A DNA stretch of 64,000 nt, taken from a phage. The translations under genes and the position numbers were made by a program. The DNA is taken from sequence record PZ445489.1. One strand, written 5' to 3'. Position 1 is the first letter of the stretch. Every line of letters starts with the position of its first letter. Of the stretch, positions 38,463 through 46,051 are shown one piece after another. The notes below the pieces were generated by a model. The model worked only from the letters and a program-made list of their open reading frames with translations, ran no database searches and had not been told where the DNA came from.

Positions 38463-38564
38463 AATTCTGTGTAGAGTTAAGTAAACCGGTAGCCAACCAG
38501 CTATCATTGCTGACATCGAATTCAGCCACAGATACCATTTTCATTAATAACTGAGGAAACAAGC

Positions 38565-38750
38565 ATGTCCAAGAATGTAATTGCGCAGCTAGAAGTTCAT
38601 CGTGATAGCACTATCAACAATATTGAAGTTGAAAAGAAATACATCGAAGAACTTAAACATGATATACTAGTGAGTCTCAACCGTCTTAATGTACGAAAAG
38701 AGTTTCTTAAAGAACTTAATGCAGCTATTGAAAAACTCAAAGCTGAGTAA
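38565..38750 (+). CDS. hypothetical protein (61 aa)
   Basis: ORF with GAGGAAACAAGC RBS. Confidence 0.4.
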   Translation: MSKNVIAQLEVHRDSTINNIEVEKKYIEELKHDILVSLNRLNVRKEFLKELNAAIEKLKAE

Positions 38751-38759
38751 ATGAATTAT

Positions 38760-38836
38760 GCGACCGGGGCTGGCTTGGTAATGGTACTCCCCTGTCACGG
38801 GAGAGAATGTGGGTTCAAATCCCATCGGTCGCGCCA
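38760..38836 (+). tRNA. tRNA-Asp (GUC)
   Basis: Acceptor GCGACCG/CGGTCGC, anticodon stem CTCCC/GGGAG loop CTGTCAC, T-arm GTGGG-TTCAAAT-CCCAT, CCA. Confidence 0.8.
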
Positions 38837-38862
38837 AATTAATTTAGTATGAGAAATATGCT

Positions 38863-39210
38863 ATGATTAATGCTAAAGAAGAATTGTTACTTGCCCTAAA
38901 GAATACTAATTCTGAAGTTAAGTGTATTAAGATAGAATTCGGTTATTATGGAGACAAAGAAGTTTGGGTATTACCCGTAGGTTATACAGAAAAAGATATT
39001 GAAGATTTTCTAAATAATCTAGACTTTAAATATGATTCTGGTTTCGGTGGACAATTGCTTTATGGTAACGTATGGTTTACTGATGGAACTTGGTTAGAAC
39101 GTGGTGAATATGATGGTTCTGAATGGTGGGAATATAAGACTACACCAGCAATTCCAGAGGAATGCCGAACAATTAATGGTGAAGTAGATCGTACTTTACT
39201 ATTAAATTAA
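38863..39210 (+). CDS. hypothetical protein (115 aa)
   Basis: ORF. Confidence 0.5.
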   Translation: MINAKEELLLALKNTNSEVKCIKIEFGYYGDKEVWVLPVGYTEKDIEDFLNNLDFKYDSGFGGQLLYGNVWFTDGTWLERGEYDGSEWWEYKTTPAIPEECRTINGEVDRTLLLN

Positions 39211-39450
39211 CAAAATCTCAGTGCAGAACACGGAGCTAGCAATTCGGAAGTGCTGACTCATGATAAGCTGCCTATGTACTTGCGAAGCGGTCGTGTCCAA
39301 GACTCGGACTCTTGCACTGAAAACAATCAAACATTCTAGCGTGGTTGATGGGGAAACCAGCTTGGCTAGGGCAGAAGCTCGTTCGATTCGAGTGAAAGAA
39401 TGGTTCTCGTAAGTCCGCACAAGTGATAGCAGGTTCGAGTCCTGTCTAGA

Positions 39451-39642
39451 ATGACATATTCTGGAGGTTTTGTGAATTACAAAGAATTAGATCTTTTAGC
39501 AAATAAATTCACAGAGCTATCTGATAACGTTGTATCAAAGGACTCCAACATAGATAATTTTATTACTGAATATCGTGATGGTATAATCTCTAAACAAGAG
39601 TTGTTAGATAAAACGTATAAATATTTAAAGGGGTTCAGCTAA
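39451..39642 (+). CDS. hypothetical protein (63 aa)
   Basis: ORF. Confidence 0.4.
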   Translation: MTYSGGFVNYKELDLLANKFTELSDNVVSKDSNIDNFITEYRDGIISKQELLDKTYKYLKGFS

Positions 39643-39953
39643 ACGGTTAAGCACTGTCCTACTTCGGACAGAGGGAGTAACACGTAGTCTCCCAAACTCC
39701 CCCAAATTTAGATTTCTGCTTCCTAGAGAACGGACTTCTGAATAAACAAGGCGATGAAGTTTCCGGCCGGTTCTAGTCGCTAAAGTCCCTCTAACGGGGC
39801 GTAAGTAAATGAAAGTTTACTTATTATGTAGGTTCCGATAGATCGGCGGGTCTATTCTGGCATTTAAGAGAGGTCTCGCAAACTTCTTTGTCAGCCGTGG
39901 GGTTGGTAGCCTCCAGGTGGCCTACACAATAAGTAAATTTATTAAAAATTCAT

Positions 39954-39982
39954 TTGCTATTCTGCTATATTATCTGTATAAT
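39954..39982 (+). promoter_or_regulatory. early-type promoter
   Basis: TTGCTA-17-TATAAT. Confidence 0.55.
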
Positions 39983-40014
39983 ATATTTTATAAAGTGAAG
40001 AGAAGGAAAGCAAA

Positions 40015-40173
40015 ATGAAACACAAGATAGCTCAAGTTTTTATGACATTATGGTGTATGCCAATAGCTATAACAGCATTTAATCTAGATACTTTTACTAT
40101 AGAAGAAAAATGTATCGGATTAGTTAGCGGCTTTAGTATGCTGGGCTTATCTTTGTTGTGGTTGAAGAAATAA
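40015..40173 (+). CDS. small hydrophobic protein (52 aa, not in ORF track)
   Basis: ATG after GAGAAGGAAAG RBS and promoter; two hydrophobic segments. Confidence 0.35.
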   Translation: MKHKIAQVFMTLWCMPIAITAFNLDTFTIEEKCIGLVSGFSMLGLSLLWLKK

Positions 40174-40177
40174 TATT

Positions 40178-40255
40178 CTCCGTGTAGCTCAGTTTGGCCA
40201 GAGCGTTTCGTTTGGGGCGATAGGGTCGGGGGTTCAAATCCTCCCACGGAGACCA
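40178..40255 (+). tRNA. tRNA-Pro (UGG)
   Basis: Acceptor CTCCGTG/CACGGAG, D stem GCTC/GAGC, anticodon loop TTTGGGG, T-arm GGGGG-TTCAAAT-CCTCC, CCA. Confidence 0.7.
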
Positions 40256-40261
40256 AACAAT

Positions 40262-40339
40262 TGCGGGTTAGATCTCTGGTAGAGATCGCTAGTCTCATAA
40301 GCTAGAAAGAGGTAGGTTCGATTCCTGCACCCGCTTCCA
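40262..40339 (+). tRNA. tRNA with anticodon CAU (Met/fMet/Ile2)
   Basis: Anticodon stem CTAGT/GCTAG loop CTCATAA, T-arm GTAGG-TTCGATT-CCTGC, CCA. Confidence 0.6.
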
Positions 40340-40359
40340 CTTTAATAGAGGATTTCGAA

Positions 40360-40527
40360 ATGAAAGTATTTCGATTAGTAGTAAGTGACAAACGTTTAGG
40401 TAATAATACCTCAAGATCCTTACTTGCACATTATGGTAAAAATTGGGATGAAGTAATGGCAGAGTTTAATACTAATCACCCTTACTTGAAAGTTCACTCT
40501 ATTAAAGAGGTATATAATGGTTACTAA
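40360..40527 (+). CDS. small hypothetical protein (55 aa, not in ORF track)
   Basis: ATG 40360 between tRNAs. Confidence 0.3.
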   Translation: MKVFRLVVSDKRLGNNTSRSLLAHYGKNWDEVMAEFNTNHPYLKVHSIKEVYNGY

Positions 40528-40528
40528 T

Positions 40529-40606
40529 AGATCGCTAGCTCAACTGGATAAGAGTAGCGGACCTTTAATCCGTCAGTTCTGGGTTCGAATCCCAGGCGAT
40601 CTACCA
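40529..40606 (+). tRNA. tRNA-Lys (UUU), C at position 33
   Basis: Acceptor AGATCGC/GCGATCT, anticodon stem GCGGA/TCCGT loop CCTTTAA, T-arm CTGGG-TTCGAAT-CCCAG, CCA. Confidence 0.6.
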
Positions 40607-40610
40607 AATT

Positions 40611-40684
40611 GCTCGGTTAGTTTAATGGGAGAACCCCGTCTTTACACGGCGGTTGTGATAGTTCGATTCTATCACCGAGTACCA
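40611..40684 (+). tRNA. tRNA-like with non-canonical anticodon loop (identity unclear)
   Basis: Acceptor GCTCGGT/ACCGAGT, T-arm GATAG-TTCGATT-CTATC, CCA; anticodon region CCGT-CTTTAC-ACGG (6-nt loop). Confidence 0.45.
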
Positions 40685-40703
40685 ATTAACTCAAAATAAG
40701 GAA

Positions 40704-41072
40704 TTGCAAATGCAATTATCAAACAAGATTCAAGGTTATTTCGGTCATGTGACAATGGAGTTCGCATTGCAGCATGGCTGGGATATGGAAAAAGATCTAT
40801 CGGAATTTTATGAGTCTCATAAAGAGATTGATCTTAGTTCTGTCTATTTGGGATTATCTACTGGTCAAGAACTTACAGAATATGATGTATTCAAGGCAAG
40901 TCAAGGTGAGATAACACCTAGTTTTGCCGAGTTCTGGCTAGGAATTACCTTGAAGGATAATGCACCAGATGAAGGTGTGGTTATGCAAAGTATGCACTCT
41001 GGAAGCTCTGATTACCTTTACGTTCGTGATGTAAAGGAACTACAGGAAATCGCTAAAAATGTACTTGCTTAA
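40704..41072 (+). CDS. hypothetical protein (122 aa)
   Basis: ORF with RBS AAGGAATTG. Confidence 0.5.
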   Translation: MQMQLSNKIQGYFGHVTMEFALQHGWDMEKDLSEFYESHKEIDLSSVYLGLSTGQELTEYDVFKASQGEITPSFAEFWLGITLKDNAPDEGVVMQSMHSGSSDYLYVRDVKELQEIAKNVLA

Positions 41073-41093
41073 TGCTTAATTTCTTGTTATAAT
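41065..41093 (+). promoter_or_regulatory. early-type promoter
   Basis: TTGCTT-17-TATAAT. Confidence 0.55.
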
Positions 41094-41432
41094 ATTTATA
41101 TAAATTGATGCGAAAATAGCTGCCTAGATACCAGGTGTATGACGTCTACACTAGCAGAGCTACCGAAAAAGAGATCCTCAGGATAAACGTCGTAGCAAAA
41201 TTAGTCTGGTATCCATCAATTTAGTTCACTAAGGTATTAGCTCGACCTAGGACTGGCTGCCAAAAAGCACGATCCCTACAATTCGGGAGAAGTTCTAGAT
41301 TAGTCCACTAGATTCAGCGGCAACTGAATAGTGTATCGGGTTTGCGAGATGACGCAGTTCCTTCCGCTCGAAGCGAAGGTGCTGTAGTTACGCCGAGCTA
41401 ATAGCCTTAGTAAACTTACAGGGGTTAACGCA

Positions 41433-41819
41433 GTGTGTACAAAAACATGTAGAGCCTGTGGGAATGAATATCCGTTAACAACCGAATATTTTTATTCGAA
41501 TGGATTTACTCCTAATGGCACAAAGAAGTGGAAGCCAACATGTAAAGCATGTGAAAAAGCTGAACGAGTAGCTGGACATGAAGAATTAATTAAAGAAGTA
41601 TTTCCTGTATTAGAATGTAGTATTTGTGGATATAATAGGTGTAAACAAGCCCTAGATTTCCACCGTACTAATCCAGAAGAAAAGGAATACTCCATTGCAA
41701 GGTTTAGAACTTCTCGTAGAAACAGAGAAGTAGTAATAGCAGAACTTAAAAAGTGCGTACTATTATGCTCTAACTGCCATAGAGAAGTACATGCTGGATT
41801 AATAAATTTGGGCGAATAG
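41433..41819 (+). CDS. HNH endonuclease
   Basis: C-terminal CVLLCSNCHREVHAG HNH motif plus CxxC pairs; GTG start per ORF track; 3' end overlaps tRNA-Ala. Confidence 0.65.
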   Translation: MCTKTCRACGNEYPLTTEYFYSNGFTPNGTKKWKPTCKACEKAERVAGHEELIKEVFPVLECSICGYNRCKQALDFHRTNPEEKEYSIARFRTSRRNREVVIAELKKCVLLCSNCHREVHAGLINLGE

Positions 41820-41884
41820 TGTCAGCGGGAGCACACCAGACTTGCAATCTGGTAGGGAGGGTTCGAGTCCCTCTTTGTCCACCA
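41810..41884 (+). tRNA. tRNA-Ala (UGC)
   Basis: Acceptor GGGCGAA/TTTGTCC (2 GU), D stem GTGT/ACAC, anticodon stem CCAGA/TCTGG loop CTTGCAA, T-arm GAGGG-TTCGAGT-CCCTC, CCA. Confidence 0.65.
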
Positions 41885-41889
41885 AATAC

Positions 41890-41966
41890 GCGTGATTGAT
41901 GGAATTGGCATACATACCGTCCTTAGAAGTCGGGTTTTGAGGGTTCGAATCCCTTGTCACGCACCA
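41890..41966 (+). tRNA. tRNA-like, anticodon UAG (Leu-type) on short-variable-arm scaffold; paralog of 36642 element
   Basis: Acceptor GCGTGAT/GTCACGC, loop CTTAGAA, T-arm GAGGG-TTCGAAT-CCCTT, CCA; shares GAATTGGCATA D-region with 36642 tRNA. Confidence 0.5.
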
Positions 41967-42078
41967 AATTTGATGGTCAGAGTAAATTAAACCTACTATC
42001 TCGGTTGAGCTGTTTTAATGGGTTCGAATCCCAGCGAGGCGTAACTGCCTGGTGTGATAGAGGCATCATCTTATTATT

Positions 42079-42169
42079 GGAAGAGCAAATCGAATTGGCG
42101 ACGAAAACCGCTTGGAAAGTGGCTGACTGGTAAAACGGCTTGAGAGTTCAAATCTCTCCTCTTCCGCCA
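42079..42169 (+). tRNA. type II tRNA, probably Ser (GGA)
   Basis: Acceptor GGAAGAG/CTCTTCC, T-arm GAGAG-TTCAAAT-CTCTC, CCA, 91 nt; anticodon loop assignment TTGGAAA tentative. Confidence 0.55.
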
Positions 42170-42175
42170 AATAAT

Positions 42176-42265
42176 AGAAGATAGGACGTAGTGGTACGTA
42201 ACTGGTCTTGAAAACCAGCCCGCTGTAGCGATACGGTGATGGTTCGACTCCATTATCTTCTGCCA
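42176..42265 (+). tRNA. tRNA-Ser (UGA), type II
   Basis: Acceptor AGAAGAT/ATCTTCT, anticodon stem CTGGT/ACCAG loop CTTGAAA, long variable arm, T-arm GATGG-TTCGACT-CCATT, CCA. Confidence 0.75.
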
Positions 42266-42285
42266 ATTAGCTATAAGGAAACCTT

Positions 42286-42459
42286 ATGAGCAAAACAGTT
42301 ACTGTAACAATGAAGGATGGCAAAAAATTTAAAGCATGTCTTCATGAAACAGATAAGGGATGGATGGCTTACTTGCCACACCTAGATTCCACCGGGTATG
42401 GAATGACCCAACGTGAAGCTATTGTTGATGCTTTAAATGAGGCTTCTGCTGGTTTATAA
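42286..42459 (+). CDS. small hypothetical protein (57 aa, not in ORF track)
   Basis: ATG after AAGGAAACC RBS. Confidence 0.35.
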   Translation: MSKTVTVTMKDGKKFKACLHETDKGWMAYLPHLDSTGYGMTQREAIVDALNEASAGL

Positions 42460-42828
42460 AAAATTCTTGAAGTATGCCGGAATCGGTAGACGGGGCTGCC
42501 TAAAAGGTTTATAGGGAACATCCACTCCCTGCAACATACCTCATAAAGCGGCTGAGATAAATGGTCTATCTCGTGAAGGTTCAAGTCCTTCTGCTTCTTG
42601 ATACATCTATGGCTCAAAGTGTAACGGTGCTATTTGATGCTCTTGGTAAGACTTCCCCGACATGCGTTCGGGAGTAAGCTGCTAAGACTAGAGTAGAAGA
42701 GTTTCTGAGAGCCGCCACAATTGAAAATTCGTACTCGTCTTGAGCTGCGTGCAATAGGAGATAACTTGATTAGTATTCTAGAACATGCTAATTGAGGAAG
42801 GTTTCGCTAACCCTGCGAGTTTTCAATT

Positions 42829-42905
42829 GTGGCTATATCATAATTGGTTAATGATCCTGATTGTGAATCAGGCCTATGTGGATTCGAATTCCACTAGCCA
42901 CCCCA
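42829..42905 (+). tRNA. tRNA-His (GUG)
   Basis: Acceptor GTGGCTA/TAGCCAC, anticodon stem CCTGA/TCAGG loop TTGTGAA, T-arm GTGGA-TTCGAAT-TCCAC, CCA. Confidence 0.75.
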
Positions 42906-42930
42906 AATTAACTTAAATAGGAAATAAAAT

Positions 42931-43137
42931 ATGGCTGATTTCTGCAAACAATGCTCCATTGATATGTGGGGCAGAGATACTGGTGATCTTTCTGGTTTGA
43001 TTACAGAAGCTGAGGTCAAAGAAGGTTATGGTGTAGTTGTGGTTTGCGAAGGGTGCGGAGTTATTCGAGTAGATCATGAAGGCAAACGTTTAGAAGATCC
43101 AAAAAGTATTAAGAAGAAGGTTAGCCAAGTCGGTTAA
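42931..43137 (+). CDS. hypothetical Cys-rich protein (68 aa); 3' end overlaps tRNA-Gln
   Basis: CKQC...CEGCG; RBS AGGAAATAAAAT. Confidence 0.4.
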   Translation: MADFCKQCSIDMWGRDTGDLSGLITEAEVKEGYGVVVVCEGCGVIRVDHEGKRLEDPKSIKKKVSQVG

Positions 43138-43190
43138 GGCTGGGGTCTCTGAAACCCCGATCAGTGGTTCGAACCCACTACCTTCTGCCA
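43115..43190 (+). tRNA. tRNA-Gln (CUG)
   Basis: Acceptor AGAAGGT/ACCTTCT, anticodon stem GGGGT/ACCCC loop CTCTGAA, T-arm AGTGG-TTCGAAC-CCACT, CCA. Confidence 0.7.
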
Positions 43191-43196
43191 AACAGT

Positions 43197-43274
43197 TGGG
43201 GATTAGCTTAGCCTGGTCTAAAGCTTCGGCCTTTGAAGTCGAGATCATTGGTTCAAATCCAATATCCCCTGCCA
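43197..43274 (+). tRNA. tRNA-Gln (UUG)
   Basis: D stem GCTT/AAGC, anticodon stem TCGGC/GTCGA loop CTTTGAA, T-arm ATTGG-TTCAAAT-CCAAT, CCA. Confidence 0.65.
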
Positions 43275-43282
43275 AACAATAA

Positions 43283-43357
43283 GCGGTTAAGCACACGGGT
43301 TGTGTCGCAGGCCTTCCAAGCCTCGCTGAGTAGGGTTCGATTCCCTCTAGCCGCTCC
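43283..43357 (+). tRNA. tRNA-Gly (UCC)
   Basis: Acceptor GCGGTTA/TAGCCGC, anticodon loop CTTCCAA, T-arm TAGGG-TTCGATT-CCCTC, CCA. Confidence 0.6.
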
Positions 43358-43374
43358 AACTTTAAGGGAACATT

Positions 43375-43596
43375 ATGCACGTTTTTGAGTTTCGTAATAA
43401 AAGTACTGATAAACGAGTTATTGTTATTGGGGAAACATACCGAGCATACGAACAAACTGACGGTTCTGTTATCCTGAATGATGAGAAAGGAGGTTTTAGC
43501 TTTTATCCCAAAGAAACTTACGAAGAATTTCGTACAAAGTTTCTTCTACCAGACTGGCTAGAAGTAGCGCAGCAACGAGAACCCGAAGATGGCTGA
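43375..43596 (+). CDS. hypothetical protein (73 aa)
   Basis: ORF. Confidence 0.45.
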   Translation: MHVFEFRNKSTDKRVIVIGETYRAYEQTDGSVILNDEKGGFSFYPKETYEEFRTKFLLPDWLEVAQQREPEDG

Positions 43597-43753
43597 CAAC
43601 CTAAAAGTCAAGATCGATAAACAAAAGAAACGTGTAGAAGTAGAGATTGGTGAAGAACGTGTAGCCTTCACCTTTGAATTTCTACAACAAATGGCAATGA
43701 CAGTTATGACTGATAAGTCTCCTGTTATTGAAAAAGAAATCCCGTTGAAATAA
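43589..43753 (+). CDS. small hypothetical protein (54 aa, not in ORF track)
   Basis: ATG overlapping upstream stop. Confidence 0.3.
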   Translation: MADNLKVKIDKQKKRVEVEIGEERVAFTFEFLQQMAMTVMTDKSPVIEKEIPLK

Positions 43754-43763
43754 CGGGATCATC

Positions 43764-43838
43764 GCTCCTAAAGCATTGCTGGCGATGCAGTTGCCTTGTA
43801 AGCATCTGAACCGGGTTCGATTCCTGGTGGGAGCACCA
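43764..43838 (+). tRNA. tRNA-Thr (UGU)
   Basis: Acceptor GCTCCTA/TGGGAGC, D stem GCAT/ATGC, anticodon loop CTTGTAA, T-arm CCGGG-TTCGATT-CCTGG, CCA. Confidence 0.65.
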
Positions 43839-43863
43839 AATTTAAAAATTCATTTGCCTTCTC

Positions 43864-43892
43864 TCTTATTTCTTGTTATAATATCTATATAA
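43864..43892 (+). promoter_or_regulatory. early-type promoter
   Basis: TTGCCT-17-TATAAT. Confidence 0.55.
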
Positions 43893-43912
43893 ATTAATGA
43901 GAGGGAAACCAA

Positions 43913-44203
43913 ATGAAACGTTATCTTTCTGTAGTATTCCAAACTGGTGGTCAAAGATATACCTATGAATTTCCATCTTCTTGGAAAATCAAAGAAGGTG
44001 ATCAAGTAGTAGTGTTAACACCGCGTGAAGGATATAAAGTAGTAACGGTTAAACAAGTATTCCCAAAAGATCATGAACCAGCTAAAGGCATTCGCTATAA
44101 GATGATTCATGGTGTGGTTCGTCAAGTACCACGAACTGAGGTAGAAGTAGATAAGACTGGAGAAGCTAAATTCCATTATACTTCTTACTTAGACAGTGTA
44201 TGA
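43913..44203 (+). CDS. hypothetical protein (96 aa)
   Basis: ORF with GAGAGGGAAACC RBS. Confidence 0.5.
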   Translation: MKRYLSVVFQTGGQRYTYEFPSSWKIKEGDQVVVLTPREGYKVVTVKQVFPKDHEPAKGIRYKMIHGVVRQVPRTEVEVDKTGEAKFHYTSYLDSV

Positions 44204-44218
44204 TGTAAATATTCTAAT

Positions 44219-44295
44219 ACTTCGGTAGCTTAGCGATCTAAAGCACTCGGCTGATAACCGAGAGATCGGGGGTTTAAATCCCTCCCGGAGTACCA
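44219..44295 (+). tRNA. tRNA-Ile (GAU) with variant T loop TTTAAAT
   Basis: Acceptor ACTTCGG/CCGGAGT, anticodon stem CTCGG/CCGAG loop CTGATAA, T-arm GGGGG-TTTAAAT-CCCTC, CCA. Confidence 0.65.
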
Positions 44296-44391
44296 AATCT
44301 AGGAATTAAGACTATGCGTCCAGGAAAGTTTAAAAAAGCTAATTGGTCTAAAGAGTATAAAGAATACTTACTTAGTCTAGTAAAACATAAC

Positions 44392-44467
44392 AGTTAGTTG
44401 GCAGAGTGGTTATGCACCTCCTTCATACGGAGCGACTACAGTGGTTCAAATCCACTACTAACTACCA
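44392..44467 (+). tRNA. tRNA with anticodon CAU (Met/fMet/Ile2), third CAU species
   Basis: Acceptor AGTTAGT/ACTAACT, anticodon loop TTCATAC, T-arm AGTGG-TTCAAAT-CCACT, CCA. Confidence 0.65.
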
Positions 44468-44504
44468 TTAAAAGAGCTAGAGATAGCTAAATATAGGAGC
44501 AATT

Positions 44505-44699
44505 ATGTTAACAGTTAAAATAATGTCCACTGATGGTGGTGAGCAGATTCATGTTGGTAAAAGCGTAGGGTTTAATCCCAGAAATAAAAGCATAGCTATT
44601 TCTGGAATAGATCAAGCAATCTTCTTAAAAGAAGATGAAGTAGCATACGTTATGAACCAAACTGGTAAGACAGTTTCTGTATATCGTGGTAAACTATAG
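44505..44699 (+). CDS. hypothetical protein (64 aa)
   Basis: ORF with RBS AGGAG. Confidence 0.4.
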   Translation: MLTVKIMSTDGGEQIHVGKSVGFNPRNKSIAISGIDQAIFLKEDEVAYVMNQTGKTVSVYRGKL

Positions 44700-44741
44700 A
44701 CAATAAAGAGCTGAGCCAAATTCTAACATCAGGGAGATCTA

Positions 44742-45110
44742 ATGAAAGCATATCAAAATCTTAAGTCTGGCGTAATTAACCTTGTTCATGAAAATCAGAT
44801 TATTCAGCTATACTCCGACAATGGTGAACTTAAACAGAAAGTTCTAGTTGAAGATCTAGAAGGTATCACACCACAATTCGATCCCGAAGCCTTCCGTGAA
44901 GTTAAGGTGGAAGTCGCCCCTCAAATCGAAGGTGGTCAGCACCTAAATGTCAATGTGTTAAGCCGTGATCAGCTTTTGGATGCGCAGAAACATCCTGAAA
45001 AATATCCTCAGTTGACCATCCGTGTCTCTGGCTACGCTGTTCGATTTAATGCACTGACTCGTGAACAACAGAACGACGTTATTAGTCGTACATTTACTCA
45101 GGCGATGTAA
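44742..45110 (+). CDS. grcA: autonomous glycyl radical cofactor (GrcA/YfiD-like)
   Basis: C-terminal ...[45 protein letters not shown] matches the PFL/GrcA glycyl radical domain (RVSGY) as recalled. Confidence 0.75.
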   Translation: MKAYQNLKSGVINLVHENQIIQLYSDNGELKQKVLVEDLEGITPQFDPEAFREVKVEVAPQIEGGQHLNVNVLSRDQLLDAQKHPEKYPQLTIRVSGYAVRFNALTREQQNDVISRTFTQAM

Positions 45111-45191
45111 TGGGGTTTGGATACGATTTCTCCCAGCTACGCAAGGTAGTCGAGCAAACTCCGTTTATCTCCCAAGTTTTAGGAGAAATGT

Positions 45192-45506
45192 GTGGATCGA
45201 GCATTAAGACGCCATCACCGGCAACGTGTGAAGAACAACCGCAAGAAGTATTGGACAGTCTTCCCACATGAAGAAAGCCCTAAGCGGTTAGGTATTATCA
45301 CTACTACTCCTTGCATCTGTTCTTGTTGGATGTGCGGGAACCCTCGCAAATATTATAAGAATAGTAAAGCAGGCATGAAAATTTCGGAGATTAGGAAAAT
45401 GGAAGCAATGATTATGGGCATCTCAAATGATGAATTTGATGGCTTTGTAGGATTCGGAGAAGGAATTAGCTCAGGCTGTTTCGAAGATGAACGCCCCGAT
45501 CTGTAA
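45192..45506 (+). CDS. hypothetical Cys-containing protein (104 aa)
   Basis: ORF. Confidence 0.4.
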   Translation: MDRALRRHHRQRVKNNRKKYWTVFPHEESPKRLGIITTTPCICSCWMCGNPRKYYKNSKAGMKISEIRKMEAMIMGISNDEFDGFVGFGEGISSGCFEDERPDL

Positions 45507-45515
45507 TTAATAACA

Positions 45516-45551
45516 AACCCCAGCTATTGAATAAGTAGTCTGGGGTTTTTC
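45516..45551 (+). terminator. rho-independent terminator
   Basis: AACCCCAG...CTGGGGTTTTT. Confidence 0.6.
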
Positions 45552-45627
45552 TGTATAAAGGTACATAATATATGTATAACAAAATTCATCCACATTAGGT
45601 TAATTTAAAAGACTTAATGGAGGTAAT

Positions 45628-45975
45628 ATGAGCCGTACTTATCGTAAACAATCTGGTGATCAGTGGTGGAAGTCTAAAGAACAATTCTCTCAAGAATATT
45701 CTTTCATCAAAGAAAATGGCTACTGGATTCGTGTTATTTATGCTAAATCCTGGGATGATGTAGAACAGGAAATGAAGGAAGCAACCATTCGTAATGAGAA
45801 AAAGGATGGTTATAACTGGAATTCTATTAGTAAGAATGTTAAGTGGCATTCTAATAAAATGGTTCGTCAAGGGAATCGTCAAGAACTCCACCGCGTGATG
45901 AAAGATCCAGAAAATTATGATTATAATCGCGATCATGACATGCGTAAGCGTGGATTATGGTGGTGCTATGACTAA
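45628..45975 (+). CDS. hypothetical protein (115 aa)
   Basis: ORF with GGAGGT RBS. Confidence 0.5.
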   Translation: MSRTYRKQSGDQWWKSKEQFSQEYSFIKENGYWIRVIYAKSWDDVEQEMKEATIRNEKKDGYNWNSISKNVKWHSNKMVRQGNRQELHRVMKDPENYDYNRDHDMRKRGLWWCYD

Positions 45976-45992
45976 ATTCTGAAATAATTCAT

Positions 45993-46021
45993 TTGCTAAA
46001 CCTCTCTTTTCTTGCTATAAT
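45993..46021 (+). promoter_or_regulatory. early-type promoter
   Basis: TTGCTA-17-TATAAT. Confidence 0.55.
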
Positions 46022-46051
46022 ATATTTATAAATTGATGAGAGAGGTTTGAA

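Noticed and set aside
39202-40699. ORFs 39202..39420(-), 40032..40298(-), 40517..40699(+)
   Set aside because: Overlap tRNA genes or tRNA-like structured regions; translations look like tRNA reverse-complement artefacts
41964-42078. Possible tRNA with T-arm ATGGG-TTCGAAT-CCCAG at ~42015-42040
   Set aside because: No acceptor-stem partner or CCA could be found; treated as T-arm-like remnant only
41492-43455. ORFs 41492..41695(-), 42066..42266(-), 42369..42617(-), 43090..43455(-)
   Set aside because: Antisense to the HNH gene or overlap tRNA genes
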